Source of the DNA: a virus
Reading direction: 5' to 3' (one strand)
Length of the DNA stretch: 64,000 nt
Virus record (IMG/VR): IMGVR_UViG_3300042516_003202
Both the position numbers and the translations under genes were made by a program. Of this stretch, positions 8,184 to 18,900 are shown in pieces (the first letter of the stretch is position 1; each line of letters begins with the position of its first letter). Under the pieces are notes generated by a model that saw only the letters and a program-made list of their open reading frames with translations, searched no databases and had not been told where the DNA came from.

Positions 8184-9410
8184 TCAGCGTCGGATGACGC
8201 TAACGGCAACATCACCTTTTACAAAGATGGTGTCAACCACGTTTTGTACTGCCCGTGCAGTAGCGCCAGATGCCTTGTCAAAGGTGGGGCAGATCACCAG
8301 TCCATAGGATTTGGTGTATGCCTCCAGATTGCCCGCCTGGAGCGCCCCAGAGCGGATTCCAGCGGCATCCTGGGGGTGTAGGCGCAGAGTACGCCCAACC
8401 GTCTGTCCGATCCCCACAACATCCATAGAGCGCATGAATACTACTGCCTCCAGAGCAGAGATGTTGATGCCTTCTGCCAGAATGCTGTGGTGCAGAACCA
8501 CAAACTTCTTATCGGCATCCTTACCCCACTTGTTGATGGTGTCAAAGAAAACCTCACGGTTCACTTGCTGCCCATCAATAAAGGCACCATGCTTGGAAGT
8601 AATGTGCATCACAGAGTAACCCTGCTCTGCCAATTGATCTGCAAAATCAGTTTCAGAAAGCAAACCGATAATGTGCTTGGTTGCTTTGGCACAGATCAGG
8701 ATCTTGTTGACAGGGTGATCTGCAATCGTTTGAAGCAGATACTCGCAATCACGTTGAGCAATATCCTCACCCTTGATGGAGAGGCGCATCTCCTTCATCA
8801 TCACCTTGGGAGGGATGATGTAACCACCTTCTACCAGTTGAGGAGCAGGAACCTTGGCGATGATCTGCCCGTAGACATCAACATCGTTCATGCCAGGTTT
8901 GCCAACCACAGAAGAGTACTTGGGAGTGGCAGTAAAGAAGTAGCAACGCTTTGCCTCTGAAGAGAAATGCTCTACAGCAGGAAAGAAGTGCCGCTTTACA
9001 GAGTTGTGTGCCTCGTCAAAGTAGATCGTATCTACAGCAATATCTGCCTTGGCAAGTTGCTGCAGAGAGTTGTAGGTGGTGAAGATCAGTTTGTGACCCT
9101 CAACATTCTCACACCAGGCACGAATCATGTTCGGGCGAGTGCTGCTGAAGTGATGAGTTTCACCTGTGTGAATGTGCATCACATGAGCATTTGTGATAAA
9201 CTCAAGATACTCACTGGACAACTGCTCTGCCAGAAGGATGCGGGGTGCCACCACTACGATGGTTTGAGGAGTCTCTTTGAGAAACTCCCGAATAGCATCA
9301 AAAATACCAACGTTGGTTTTACCACCGCCAGTAGGGAAAACACAGATGCCCTTGGCAACCTGGCGCAGGGCATCAAGAGCAATCTGTTGATGAGGGCGAA
9401 GTTGGAACAA
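8184..9410 (-). CDS. superfamily 2 DEAH helicase (ResIII-like)
   Basis: LRPHQ Q-motif, PTGGGKT (I), DEAH (II), TAT (III), QTVGRTLR (VI). TTG start at 9410 after a GGAG RBS; the ORF-track ATG at 9467 lies inside the promoter. Confidence 0.9.
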   Translation of the reverse strand: MFQLRPHQQIALDALRQVAKGICVFPTGGGKTNVGIFDAIREFLKETPQTIVVVAPRILLAEQLSSEYLEFITNAHVMHIHTGETHHFSSTRPNMIRAWCENVEGHKLIFTTYNSLQQLAKADIAVDTIYFDEAHNSVKRHFFPAVEHFSSEAKRCYFFTATPKYSSVVGKPGMNDVDVYGQIIAKVPAPQLVEGGYIIPPKVMMKEMRLSIKGEDIAQRDCEYLLQTIADHPVNKILICAKATKHIIGLLSETDFADQLAEQGYSVMHITSKHGAFIDGQQVNREVFFDTINKWGKDADKKFVVLHHSILAEGINISALEAVVFMRSMDVVGIGQTVGRTLRLHPQDAAGIRSGALQAGNLEAYTKSYGLVICPTFDKASGATARAVQNVVDTIFVKGDVAVSVIRR

Positions 9411-9432
9411 GGTCTCCGTTGCGTATGGGACT

Positions 9433-9476
9433 ATTATAGCAGAAAGGGGTCCCCGAAGGAACCCCATGTGCCAGTT
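9433..9476 (-). promoter_or_regulatory. early promoter cassette: AACTGGCAC motif, UUCG hairpin, extended -10 TGcTATAAT
   Basis: AACTGGCAC atGGGGTTCC-TTCG-GGGACCCC tttc TGC TATAAT; motif 29 nt upstream of the -10. Confidence 0.75.
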
Positions 9477-9491
9477 ATGAAATTGGTCTAA

Positions 9492-10805
9492 TCACTGAAA
9501 CTCATTGTGCTGCTCAATCATGTTTGCTTGTGGCAACCATTTGAAGTCAATAGGCTTCAAAGTTCCCTCATCATGTGCTTTGAGAACACGACGATAGTGT
9601 TTGAGCATACGCTTACGTTCACCTTCCATCAACACTCGGAGTTCATCAATGTTGTTTTCTGTAGGAGTAATACTAACACCCTGACCCTGCTCCAAGAAAG
9701 AATAAGCAGTATAGTTGTTGTTAGGATACTCAAGCTGCTTTTCAAAGATGAAATACCACTTACGGTAGTGATCTGGTTTACGCCCCCAACCAACAGCAAA
9801 AGAAGTTTGAGTTTCGTTCATAGAACTAATACGCTCACCGCAAACACCATTGATGCTAAAAACATCTTTCAAAGTTTTTTGTGCTTTTGAAATGTCGTAT
9901 GGTTCAATAGATACTTTGACACCTTCTTCGCCAAGAATTTCAGCAGCAAAAATCCTTCGGTTGTTTTTGCGAACTTCTTTGTATCGGGTTTTCAGTACAT
10001 CAATCACAACGTCAATGTCTTTTGCAATTTTTCCGTATTGAAAACCTTTTTGGATCATGTACTTTACATCATCCTCTGTACAATCATTCTTTTTTTCCCT
10101 GTTGGGAGCATTGGCGATTGCACCATATTGAAGAAGAGAATATTCATCTTCACCAGAAATGATGGCACACGGAAAATACTTCCAAGGAAGTTCAAAGCGA
10201 TTGTTGCCATCACGAACAATGTACTTAAAAGTAAATTCAGAACCATCTTCGTCAACATAATGAATTGGTTCAGAAAGAACTGATACTGCAGGTTGATAAC
10301 AGCGATAATCGTATTCGCCATCAGCAACTTCTTCAGTGATCTGGTCAATTGTTTGCTGAAAAAGTGCCTGACCAACACGAGTTTGGCATTCAATGTTAAG
10401 TTTTCGAGCAATGCTGTGAGACATTACTTCATCTTTGTGAAGAATTGCCCATTTTTCAAAGGTAATTCCAGGAGATTTGTCATAATATCGCCCGTGCTTT
10501 TCCAACTCTTCCAAATCAAAGATATTTTGGTTTGGATCAATGTATCCTTTAGTTTCAATCAAACAATATGTACCTTCAAGATCCATAGAGTCCCTACAGA
10601 ACATCCGTAAAAGTTGATCTGCCTCAAGTCGTTGAATTGCTGCACGAACAGTTGATCGCTCATCAACTACCTCATTGTAAATTTCATCAATCCTGTTTTG
10701 AACAAGAACTAAATCATAAATTTCTTGAAGAGTAAAAACAACTCCAGGAACAAAATTTTCGCGGAGAGTAAGTAGAACGTGTTCTTTGGTTGAAATCATA
10801 ATCAA
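9492..10805 (-). CDS. winged-helix plus ParB/Srx-like domain protein
   Basis: N-terminal FTLQEIY...TVRAAIQRL...GTY resembles the DpnI-type wH; central QTR...QPAV...YIVRDGNNR resembles ParB/Srx boxes. Confidence 0.55.
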   Translation of the reverse strand: MIMISTKEHVLLTLRENFVPGVVFTLQEIYDLVLVQNRIDEIYNEVVDERSTVRAAIQRLEADQLLRMFCRDSMDLEGTYCLIETKGYIDPNQNIFDLEELEKHGRYYDKSPGITFEKWAILHKDEVMSHSIARKLNIECQTRVGQALFQQTIDQITEEVADGEYDYRCYQPAVSVLSEPIHYVDEDGSEFTFKYIVRDGNNRFELPWKYFPCAIISGEDEYSLLQYGAIANAPNREKKNDCTEDDVKYMIQKGFQYGKIAKDIDVVIDVLKTRYKEVRKNNRRIFAAEILGEEGVKVSIEPYDISKAQKTLKDVFSINGVCGERISSMNETQTSFAVGWGRKPDHYRKWYFIFEKQLEYPNNNYTAYSFLEQGQGVSITPTENNIDELRVLMEGERKRMLKHYRRVLKAHDEGTLKPIDFKWLPQANMIEQHNEFQ

Positions 10806-10821
10806 TTTCGTTTACCTGCTT

Positions 10822-10850
10822 AATGTACGATGAATTCACCGCCATGTCAA
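10822..10850 (-). promoter_or_regulatory. sigma70-type promoter
   Basis: TTGACA-N17-TACATT upstream of 9492-10805. Confidence 0.75.
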
Positions 10851-10862
10851 CCCCCCAACCCA

Positions 10863-11264
10863 TTAGAAAAACTTTTCAATACCGATAAGTTCCCCAAATG
10901 AGTAGTCATACTCCAAGGCATCCGCACACACGTAATGGGGGTGGTCTACAGGAACACCAAGACGAGAGCACAATTCCTTATGATTATCTTCCATCATTTC
11001 AACGGCATAGATCATATGATTCAAAACATGTTCTTCTGTATGATATTCACAAAGCCGATTCTTAAGAGCAATCAAAAAATTACCACATCCAGCAGAATTA
11101 TCAATAAAAGTACTGTTCGGATCTTTTAGTATATCAACAGAAATATCATCAATCATACTCTCAACTAGATCCATAGGAGTAAAGACTTCTTGAGTTTCTT
11201 TAATCCTTTCATCAGATCTTTCAATCTCAGATCCAGTTTCAATATTATGCTTGTTCTTTTTCAT
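10863..11264 (-). CDS. amino-methyltransferase, SAM-binding half (motifs X-I-II-III)
   Basis: QEVFTP (X), FIDNSAGCGNFL (I), YAVE (II), ADAL (III); no NPPY motif. Confidence 0.8.
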   Translation of the reverse strand: MKKNKHNIETGSEIERSDERIKETQEVFTPMDLVESMIDDISVDILKDPNSTFIDNSAGCGNFLIALKNRLCEYHTEEHVLNHMIYAVEMMEDNHKELCSRLGVPVDHPHYVCADALEYDYSFGELIGIEKFF

Positions 11265-11835
11265 TCTTCTCTTTCAAACAATTAGTATAAGTTGAAATTA
11301 GATCGTTTTTACCGAAATGCCTTCTACCATTACAACTAGAAGCAACCTCTCTAAATCTCGTAGCAAATTCTAACAGATTTTCTATCACACTAGAATCTCT
11401 AACCTTTAGAAAATGATGTCCTTTAGCGTAATGTGTAAAGTTTTCTGTTTTAACTCTACCACTGGGTCCAGAACCATATTCACCTACAAAAACATCTGCC
11501 TCAAATCTCCTCTCATAAGGAAGAAATTCAAAGTCAGGATGTTCCCTCATCATAGGAATTTCACCTACACCAATTTGAAATCTTGATGTATTTCTAACTT
11601 CCCAGTATTGTTTAACAGCACTAATACCATTTGGGAAAGTAGAAGGATCTAGATCATCATCTACAACACAGTGAAGGTGTGCCTTAATCTTATTTAAAGA
11701 TGATGGTTTACGAACTGATGTAGGTAAGACTGCACGAATATCATCAGTGATCTCGGCAGTCTTATTAAGAAATTTTATAGCAAGGTTTCCACCCACCCCA
11801 TAAGGTGGATTAATAATAGCTAAAGTAAACTTCAT
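11245..11835 (-). CDS. amino-methyltransferase, catalytic/TRD half (motif IV)
   Basis: Starts with LAIINPPY, later AVLP; no SAM-binding motif I. Confidence 0.75.
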   Translation of the reverse strand: MKFTLAIINPPYGVGGNLAIKFLNKTAEITDDIRAVLPTSVRKPSSLNKIKAHLHCVVDDDLDPSTFPNGISAVKQYWEVRNTSRFQIGVGEIPMMREHPDFEFLPYERRFEADVFVGEYGSGPSGRVKTENFTHYAKGHHFLKVRDSSVIENLLEFATRFREVASSCNGRRHFGKNDLISTYTNCLKEKNEKEQA

Positions 11836-11861
11836 ACATGTCCTTCAAACCTAGCAAAGGT

Positions 11862-11890
11862 ATTCTACTGGGATTTGAGGTTCTTGTCAA
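11862..11890 (-). promoter_or_regulatory. sigma70-type promoter
   Basis: TTGACA-N17-TAGAAT upstream of the methyltransferase pair. Confidence 0.8.
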
Positions 11891-11893
11891 GAC

Positions 11894-14800
11894 CTAGTAC
11901 ATATCATACCAAGTAGTTCCATTGTACATTTGGTGTTTATTTACCGTAGTGTTAAATATGAAAGCTCCGGGACGAGTATGTAATCCTACTCTTTGATCAG
12001 AAGTTATTCCTGGTGGAAGCATAAATGCATATTTTGCAGATTCTCCAGTAGATCCTATGCCAACTCCAGCATAGAAAAAGTCAGCTTTACACGTAGGTTC
12101 ATCAGTTCCTATACCAATAGAACCAGAAGAATCAATTTCAATAGTTGATTCATCTACTATACGTATAGAACCTCCGGAAACGACTTGACCCGATTGGTAT
12201 AAAACTATTCCACCATTTCCAACATCATTAGTATTAACTCCAACAGCAATTGCTGGACTAATAATTCCTCCAGCAAGTCCTCCTCCTTGTGTTATAATAT
12301 GTATTGATGCGTTTGGTGAGGTTGTCCCAATTCCAATACCAGATGCTTCTGTTATACTAACAATACCAGTAATAGATAGTTCGTTAAATGTTGATATTCC
12401 AACTTCGGTGAATACATTTCCGTTTAATTGGGTTCCTTCCGCGAGTCTAAGGGTTGTAATTCCAGTAATAACTGTATTCCCATTAACTCTTAAATTACTA
12501 AATGTGGATACTCCTGATGCAAATAATCCATTACCAACATATAAATCTCGAGAAATTGTTACTCCAGTGCCAGTTGCTCCAATTTTTCCATTTACATATA
12601 AATCATTTCCAATATAGGTATCTGAAGTAATTGTGGATGTTCCAACAACATGCAAATTATGCTGCGGTTCATCTTGATTAATTCCCAGTTTTCCATCATA
12701 AGTTAAAGTCATTATCTCGTTACTGAGATAACTATTATTCCATTTAAATGAACCAGTATTAATACCAGCAACTCCACCACTATGAAGATTAAAATTAAAA
12801 CTTCCTACAGTTCTATTTTCAAAAGTAAAATCAGATCCACCAAAAATTAAACGTCCTTGATTAGATAAACTTGAGAGTATTAATGAAGAATTAGAAGTCT
12901 TAGAATCTATTTTAATAGAAACTGTTGATTGATCAACAACTTCCAATTTACTGGATAAAGATGTTGTAGTTCCAATACCAACGTAACTAGAATCAACATA
13001 TAAAGGTCCAGAATATATTTCATTATCAACTATAAGTTGATCTGATATTCTAACTAAACTGGATGTAGATTGTAATATTAATTCTCCTGCGGCGGTATCA
13101 ATTATATTACCACTACCAGAAACTCCTAATCTAATTTTATTAAAATATGCAGATCCAAAAGCTTTTGAAGAACTACCTACTGATCCATTATTATTGGAGA
13201 TTGGTAAAATAGCAGATCCGACAGTTGCTATACCAATTATATTTAAATTATTTGATTCTAAATTACTATTTACAAATAAAGAATTTGTTACAGTTACAAT
13301 ACCAGAAGAAGATGTTAATTGTAATGTATTAGAATTTCTAGTCCCTATTGAATTTGTTCCGGCAACACCTATTGTAACCTCATTAATGTATGCGTTTTCG
13401 AATGCTGTTGCAGCATATCCAATAGATGATCCTTTATCGGAATCTGGAGAAATATTAATATTTACTATAGAATAATCACTATAAAGATTGGGTGCAGTTA
13501 ATATACCAGAAACATTTAAATTACGCTCAGAAATTAAATCTTTAGAAACTAATACTCTTCCAGTAATTGAGTCTAATGTAAGATTTCCAGATCTAGTGCT
13601 TATAATTCCGGCACCAAATGCTCCAATATTAATATTTGCAATATGGGCATTTGCAAATGAAGTTCCAGCAGATCCTAAGTATGATCCACCATCACTATCT
13701 GGAACAACTGAATCATTGATGATAAGATCAGTTAGTGTAGAGATGCCAGTTACTGATAAATTCCTGTTTACAATAAAGTCTTTTACGACAGATACTTTTC
13801 CAGTATTTGAATCAAGACTTAAATCACCAGATCTCGTACTTACAATTCCTGCAGCGTTTGCGACTCCAATTTGAACTTCATCAATATAAGCTTCTGCCAA
13901 TGATTTAGAACTGGAACCCAAATATCCACTATTATCGTTCGTTGGAATAATACCTGTAGTAATATTAACAAGACCAGATAATGTAGAAATTCCAGTTACC
14001 GAAACATTTCTATTTACGATAAAGTCTTTTACGACAGATACTTTTCCAGTATTGGCATCAAGACTTAAATCACCAGATCTTGTGCTGACAATACCAGCAG
14101 CATTTGTGACTCCAATTTGAACTTCATCAATATATGCTTCGGCAAATGATTTTGTAGAAGACCCTAGATAACCATTATTATCATTTGACGGGATAATTCC
14201 GGTAGTTATATTGACAAGACCAGATAAAGTAGAAATACCAGTTACTGAAAGATTTTGCCCTATGCTAAAATCTCTTACAACAGATACTCTTCTGCTGTTA
14301 GCATCAAGACTTAAATCACCAGATCTTGTACTAACAATACCAGCAGCATTTGCAACACCAATTTGGACTTCATCAATATATGCTTCGGCAAATGATTTTG
14401 TAGAAGATCCTAAACTTGCAGAAAGATCAGTGTTTGGATTTAAACTTCCACTAATATTAATTGAACTGTTAAAGGTAGAAATACCACTAAATGTAGAGTT
14501 TCTAGATACTGAAAGATCTTTAGAAATTGAAACAGTTCCAGTATTTGAATCAAGACTTAAAGCTCCAGATCTTGTACTTACAATTCCTGCGGCGTTTGCA
14601 ACTCCAATTTGGACTTCATCAATATACGCTTCAGCAAATGATTTTGCAGAAGATCCTAGATAACCACTATTATTAGAATCTGGAACTATACCAGTTGCAG
14701 ATGTTACTATGCCTGCTAGATAAGAATTGCCAGAAACATAAAGATTATTTGATACTTCTATTTTTGTTCCTGCAGAACCTAAAAATAAATCTCCAGAATT

Positions 14801-15982
14801 TGTTTCTATTTTATTAGAAACATCATTTATTCTAATATTTCCTGAATGTAGTTTGGAAATAGTTCCAACACCAGAAGCGTTAATATTTGTAGAATTTACA
14901 AATCCTGCGGTAGTTACACCAATATTCGAATATGTTGAATTTAAAGAATTTGTTGTAATAATACCAGAATTAACTTGCGTTAATTGTGATGCGAAAGAAT
15001 TTGTTCTAAAAACATTTAATGTAGTAACAATTCCAGTATTAGTAACTCTAAGATTTGATGTTGTTGTGAATCCAGATGAAAAAATATCATTAGCAGTAAG
15101 AATACCAACAGTAACAATTCCTGATACTGAAATATCACTAGACCAATTAACTCCATTAGATCCATTTGAAACTAAAAACTGACCAGGATTTCCATTACTA
15201 CCTGCAATGGAAACTCTTGCTCCTCCAGAAAATGTTAAATCACTTGAATTAATTTCGAATCCATTTGATGCATAGAATGACCCACCAGTAAATGATGATC
15301 CCGTAACATTTCTGCTGAATAAACCATTACTATTAAAAGTAACTACACCAATATATGCTCTAGTTGCTGTCAGGGTTCCTACTGTTGCGATGCCTGATGG
15401 CAAATTAATGTTATTTGGTAATCTTGCATTATCTAAAGTTCCTGAAGAAATATTAGATGCATTTATGTTGGTAATATTTGTACCACTTCCATCAAAAGAA
15501 CCTGCGGTTATAATTCCAGATGCTCTAATATTTCCAGTAGAATTAATACCAACACCAATTTGTCCAAGTTCAGTTCTTCCCCCTATTTGCAAAGTTTGAG
15601 TTGGAATATTGGTTGCAATTCCAACTCTATTTCTAAGAATATAAGAACTTGTAATTCCAGGCTGATTATAGTCTACCCATTGATTGGTTGGTATTCCATC
15701 TAAATACGAACCGTCTCCATAATATCTCGTCGCACTTATTATTCCAGAGTCGGTCATCGTAATATATGAACCAACCCTCAAATCAACAAAAGAAGCGATT
15801 CCTGAGATAATCATCGCTTTCATGGTTGATAAACCAGAAACAGAGATATCTCCGTATACGTCAAGATTAGTTCTAGGAATAGTCGTTCCTATACCAACAA
15901 GTCCATTAGCATTTACGAAAAAGTTATCCTCATCAACTTGAACACCATTCCTAAAACTAAATGACTTATTATAATTTGCCAT
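11894..15982 (-). CDS. tail fibre / virion structural protein with internal 82-aa repeats
   Basis: 1362 aa; recurring GLVGIGTT and TGISTL fibre motifs; tandem YLGSS.KSFAEAYIDEVQIG repeats. Confidence 0.8.
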   Translation of the reverse strand: MANYNKSFSFRNGVQVDEDNFFVNANGLVGIGTTIPRTNLDVYGDISVSGLSTMKAMIISGIASFVDLRVGSYITMTDSGIISATRYYGDGSYLDGIPTNQWVDYNQPGITSSYILRNRVGIATNIPTQTLQIGGRTELGQIGVGINSTGNIRASGIITAGSFDGSGTNITNINASNISSGTLDNARLPNNINLPSGIATVGTLTATRAYIGVVTFNSNGLFSRNVTGSSFTGGSFYASNGFEINSSDLTFSGGARVSIAGSNGNPGQFLVSNGSNGVNWSSDISVSGIVTVGILTANDIFSSGFTTTSNLRVTNTGIVTTLNVFRTNSFASQLTQVNSGIITTNSLNSTYSNIGVTTAGFVNSTNINASGVGTISKLHSGNIRINDVSNKIETNSGDLFLGSAGTKIEVSNNLYVSGNSYLAGIVTSATGIVPDSNNSGYLGSSAKSFAEAYIDEVQIGVANAAGIVSTRSGALSLDSNTGTVSISKDLSVSRNSTFSGISTFNSSINISGSLNPNTDLSASLGSSTKSFAEAYIDEVQIGVANAAGIVSTRSGDLSLDANSRRVSVVRDFSIGQNLSVTGISTLSGLVNITTGIIPSNDNNGYLGSSTKSFAEAYIDEVQIGVTNAAGIVSTRSGDLSLDANTGKVSVVKDFIVNRNVSVTGISTLSGLVNITTGIIPTNDNSGYLGSSSKSLAEAYIDEVQIGVANAAGIVSTRSGDLSLDSNTGKVSVVKDFIVNRNLSVTGISTLTDLIINDSVVPDSDGGSYLGSAGTSFANAHIANINIGAFGAGIISTRSGNLTLDSITGRVLVSKDLISERNLNVSGILTAPNLYSDYSIVNINISPDSDKGSSIGYAATAFENAYINEVTIGVAGTNSIGTRNSNTLQLTSSSGIVTVTNSLFVNSNLESNNLNIIGIATVGSAILPISNNNGSVGSSSKAFGSAYFNKIRLGVSGSGNIIDTAAGELILQSTSSLVRISDQLIVDNEIYSGPLYVDSSYVGIGTTTSLSSKLEVVDQSTVSIKIDSKTSNSSLILSSLSNQGRLIFGGSDFTFENRTVGSFNFNLHSGGVAGINTGSFKWNNSYLSNEIMTLTYDGKLGINQDEPQHNLHVVGTSTITSDTYIGNDLYVNGKIGATGTGVTISRDLYVGNGLFASGVSTFSNLRVNGNTVITGITTLRLAEGTQLNGNVFTEVGISTFNELSITGIVSITEASGIGIGTTSPNASIHIITQGGGLAGGIISPAIAVGVNTNDVGNGGIVLYQSGQVVSGGSIRIVDESTIEIDSSGSIGIGTDEPTCKADFFYAGVGIGSTGESAKYAFMLPPGITSDQRVGLHTRPGAFIFNTTVNKHQMYNGTTWYDMY
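13130..14720 (-). repeat. about seven tandem 81-85-codon repeats, four spaced exactly 246 nt apart
   Basis: Anchor positions 14638, 14392, 14146, 13900 (246-nt steps), then 13657, 13402 and about 13159. Confidence 0.85.
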
Positions 15983-15999
15983 TTCTTACAGCTTTTTAG

Positions 16000-18900
16000 T
16001 TATTTATCTGATAACTTTTGCTCAAGTTTTTCTACCTTATCTGCAAGTTCTTTAATAGCTTCAATAAGTAAAGGAACTATTTTTTCATACTTAACAGTTA
16101 AGTAATCATTATTTGCTGGAGCAGGAGAAACTGCCTCTGGAAGAACTGCTTGAATCTGCTGTGCCGAAACACCAACATGTGTTGTTTCAGTGCTGAAACC
16201 AAGTGTAGCACCAATCTCATTAAAGTTATATGTAAATCCACTGAGAGACAGAACTTTTTCAAGAGCATTTTCAAGTGGTTTGATATTGGTTTTAAGTCTT
16301 TCATCAGAAGCAAATGCAACAATATCTCCAGTAACAGACAACTCGTTTGAAGAAGCATCAAAGTACAAACCACTGTCGCTATAGAAAGACTTATTTCCAC
16401 CATTTGTAGTTTCTGTTAATGCAATACGATATGTTCCACTATCTGAGGAAGAATTCACATAAAGTTTAGTCGCAGTATCAGCATTACCAGTTACATTACC
16501 AGTTACATTACCAGTTAGGTTTCCAGTAACACCTCCACTAGCAGTAATTCTTCCACTAACATTAAGAGTTGATGCTAAAACAACTGCTCCTGCAAGATTT
16601 AAATTTCCACCAACATAAAGATTTTTAGCAACTCCTAAACCACCAGAAACTGTTAATGCACCTGTTGATGTGCTAGATGATTCTGTAGTATTTGAAATTG
16701 CAAGAGTTCCAGATACTGCCAAGTTAGCAATAGTTGTAGTTCCAAGTACAGTAAGATTTCCTGTAGTATAAATTGCACCATCAGTGGTCTGGATATAAGC
16801 TTTTTCAGTATTGTCTGCTCTACGAATAGATAATTTTTGACTATCCCCTCTCAAAATTATAGAAGAATCATATACTGTAGTGGTTCCAGTAACATCCAAA
16901 GCAGATTCAATTCTAACCAAATTGGTAGAAGAATCTAAAATTAAGTTTTGACTATTGTAAGTTGTAATTCTATTATCTTGAGTATCGTCTGCAATTCTAA
17001 TATATCCAATAAATGCTTCAGCAAAAGGTCTTGTAGAAGATCCTAACTTAGTGCCTAAAGAAGCGTATGGTAGAATGTCACTTTCAACGGTTGTTACTCC
17101 TTTAAGATATGATGTTCCATCAACGTTTAAAGTCCCATCAACATCTAAATTATCCTGAACATTTACAGTTCCTGATGTTGAATCAAGTAGTAAGTTTCCA
17201 CTTGAAGTATCAATCTTATTATCTGCAGCAACTCCAATACGAACATCATCAATTGTTGCTCCACCATTAGCATCAAGAAGACCTGTTAATGTTGTTTGGC
17301 CAGTAACAGATAAGGTAGATCCTAAAGTTGTTGCTCCATCAGAATTTAACGTTCCATCAACATCTAAATTATCTTGAACGTTTACAGTTCCTGATGCAGA
17401 ATCTAAAATTAAAGATGTTGAATTTTTTGTATCAATTACGTTTGTTCCAGTAACACCAATTCTAACATTCTTTAATGATCCTCCAGAAACAGAATCAATT
17501 ACTGCATTGAATGTAGCAGTATCTAGTGAAGAATCTCCTAAAACTATGTCACCTTTTAGATTGGTAATTGCATTAACTGTTAAATTAGATTCGAATGTTG
17601 CAGCATCTTTTACTTTTAGAGAATCATAGATATAAACTTCATCTACACCACTGATAAGACGTAATTGAGTTGATGCAGTATCAATTGTATTATCATCAGA
17701 AACTCCAATACGTATATTTTTAATAATTGCACCGCCATTAATGTCTAACAATCCAGCAACTGTTAAGTCGCCGTCAACATTAGCATTAAAATCTATATCT
17801 ATGTTTGCTGCAACTCTAACATTATTGGTATTAGAATCTAAAACTAAATCTCCAGATGCAGTGTCTATAGTTGTTGCTGCAGTAGCACCTATTCTAATTT
17901 CATCAATATATGCTGCAGAGAATTTCTTAGTTGAAGATCCAATAGTAGAGTTTGATGAAGTTGTTGTTGTATGTGGAACCAAGTTTGACTGAATAGCAGT
18001 TTCTCCAGTCAAATATGTTGTTCCATCTACGTTTAGATTATTATTAACATCTAAATCGTCATCAACTATAACAGTACCTGCTGAAGAATCTAGAACTAAA
18101 CTTCCAGATGCAGTATCTATTGTTCTTTCACCAATAACAGCAATTTTAATTTCATCAATATATGCTGCAGAAAATTTCTTAGATGAAGTTCCAATAGTTG
18201 AGTTTAATGAAGATGTTGTTGTATGTGGAACCAAATTTGATTGAAGTGTAGTTTCTCCAGTCAAATATGTTGTTCCGTCTACATTTAAATTGTTGTTAAT
18301 ATCTAAATCATCATCAACTACTACAGTACCTGCAGAAGAGTCTAATGTTAAATTGCCAGATCTAGTATCAATTTCACCTCCTCCACTTGCACCTATTCTA
18401 ATTTCATCAATATATGCTTCGGAGAATGATTTATCTAATGAACCAATGTATGCACCTTCATTTTCATCAGGAAGTAATCCAGTTACAACTGTAGTAATTC
18501 CAAGTAAATTAGTTTGCCCATTAATAGTTAATGCCTGATTAACTATTAAATGATCGTCTACAATAACATTTGTTGATGCGGTTTGTGTTTTTAAAATTAA
18601 ATCACCAGTCCAAGAATTTATTGTTCTATCTTGTATTTCAGTTCCTCCGGGAGTACCTTCAGTTGCAATTCCAATTCCACCGAACCATCCAGATGCCCAA
18701 GGTCTCTCAGCAGATCCAATATAAGCATCTTCAATAGAATCTGGAACAAGACCAGTATTAAATTGAACTTGTCCATTAAATGTTGCGGTTCCTGAAATAC
18801 TTACATTACCACCAATATTAACATTCTTTGCAATACCAAAACCACCTCTAGCAATAACAGATCCTGTAGTAGTGCTTGTCGAATCTGTAGTATTATTTAA

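Noticed and set aside
8169-9491. Plus-strand ORFs of 70-174 aa antisense to the helicase
   Set aside because: Expected shadow ORFs of a GC-rich gene; no motifs or expression signals
11245-11264. Possible programmed frameshift fusing the two MTase halves
   Set aside because: It would need a +1 shift, there is no convincing slippery site in frame, and the second ORF has its own ATG with a purine-rich RBS
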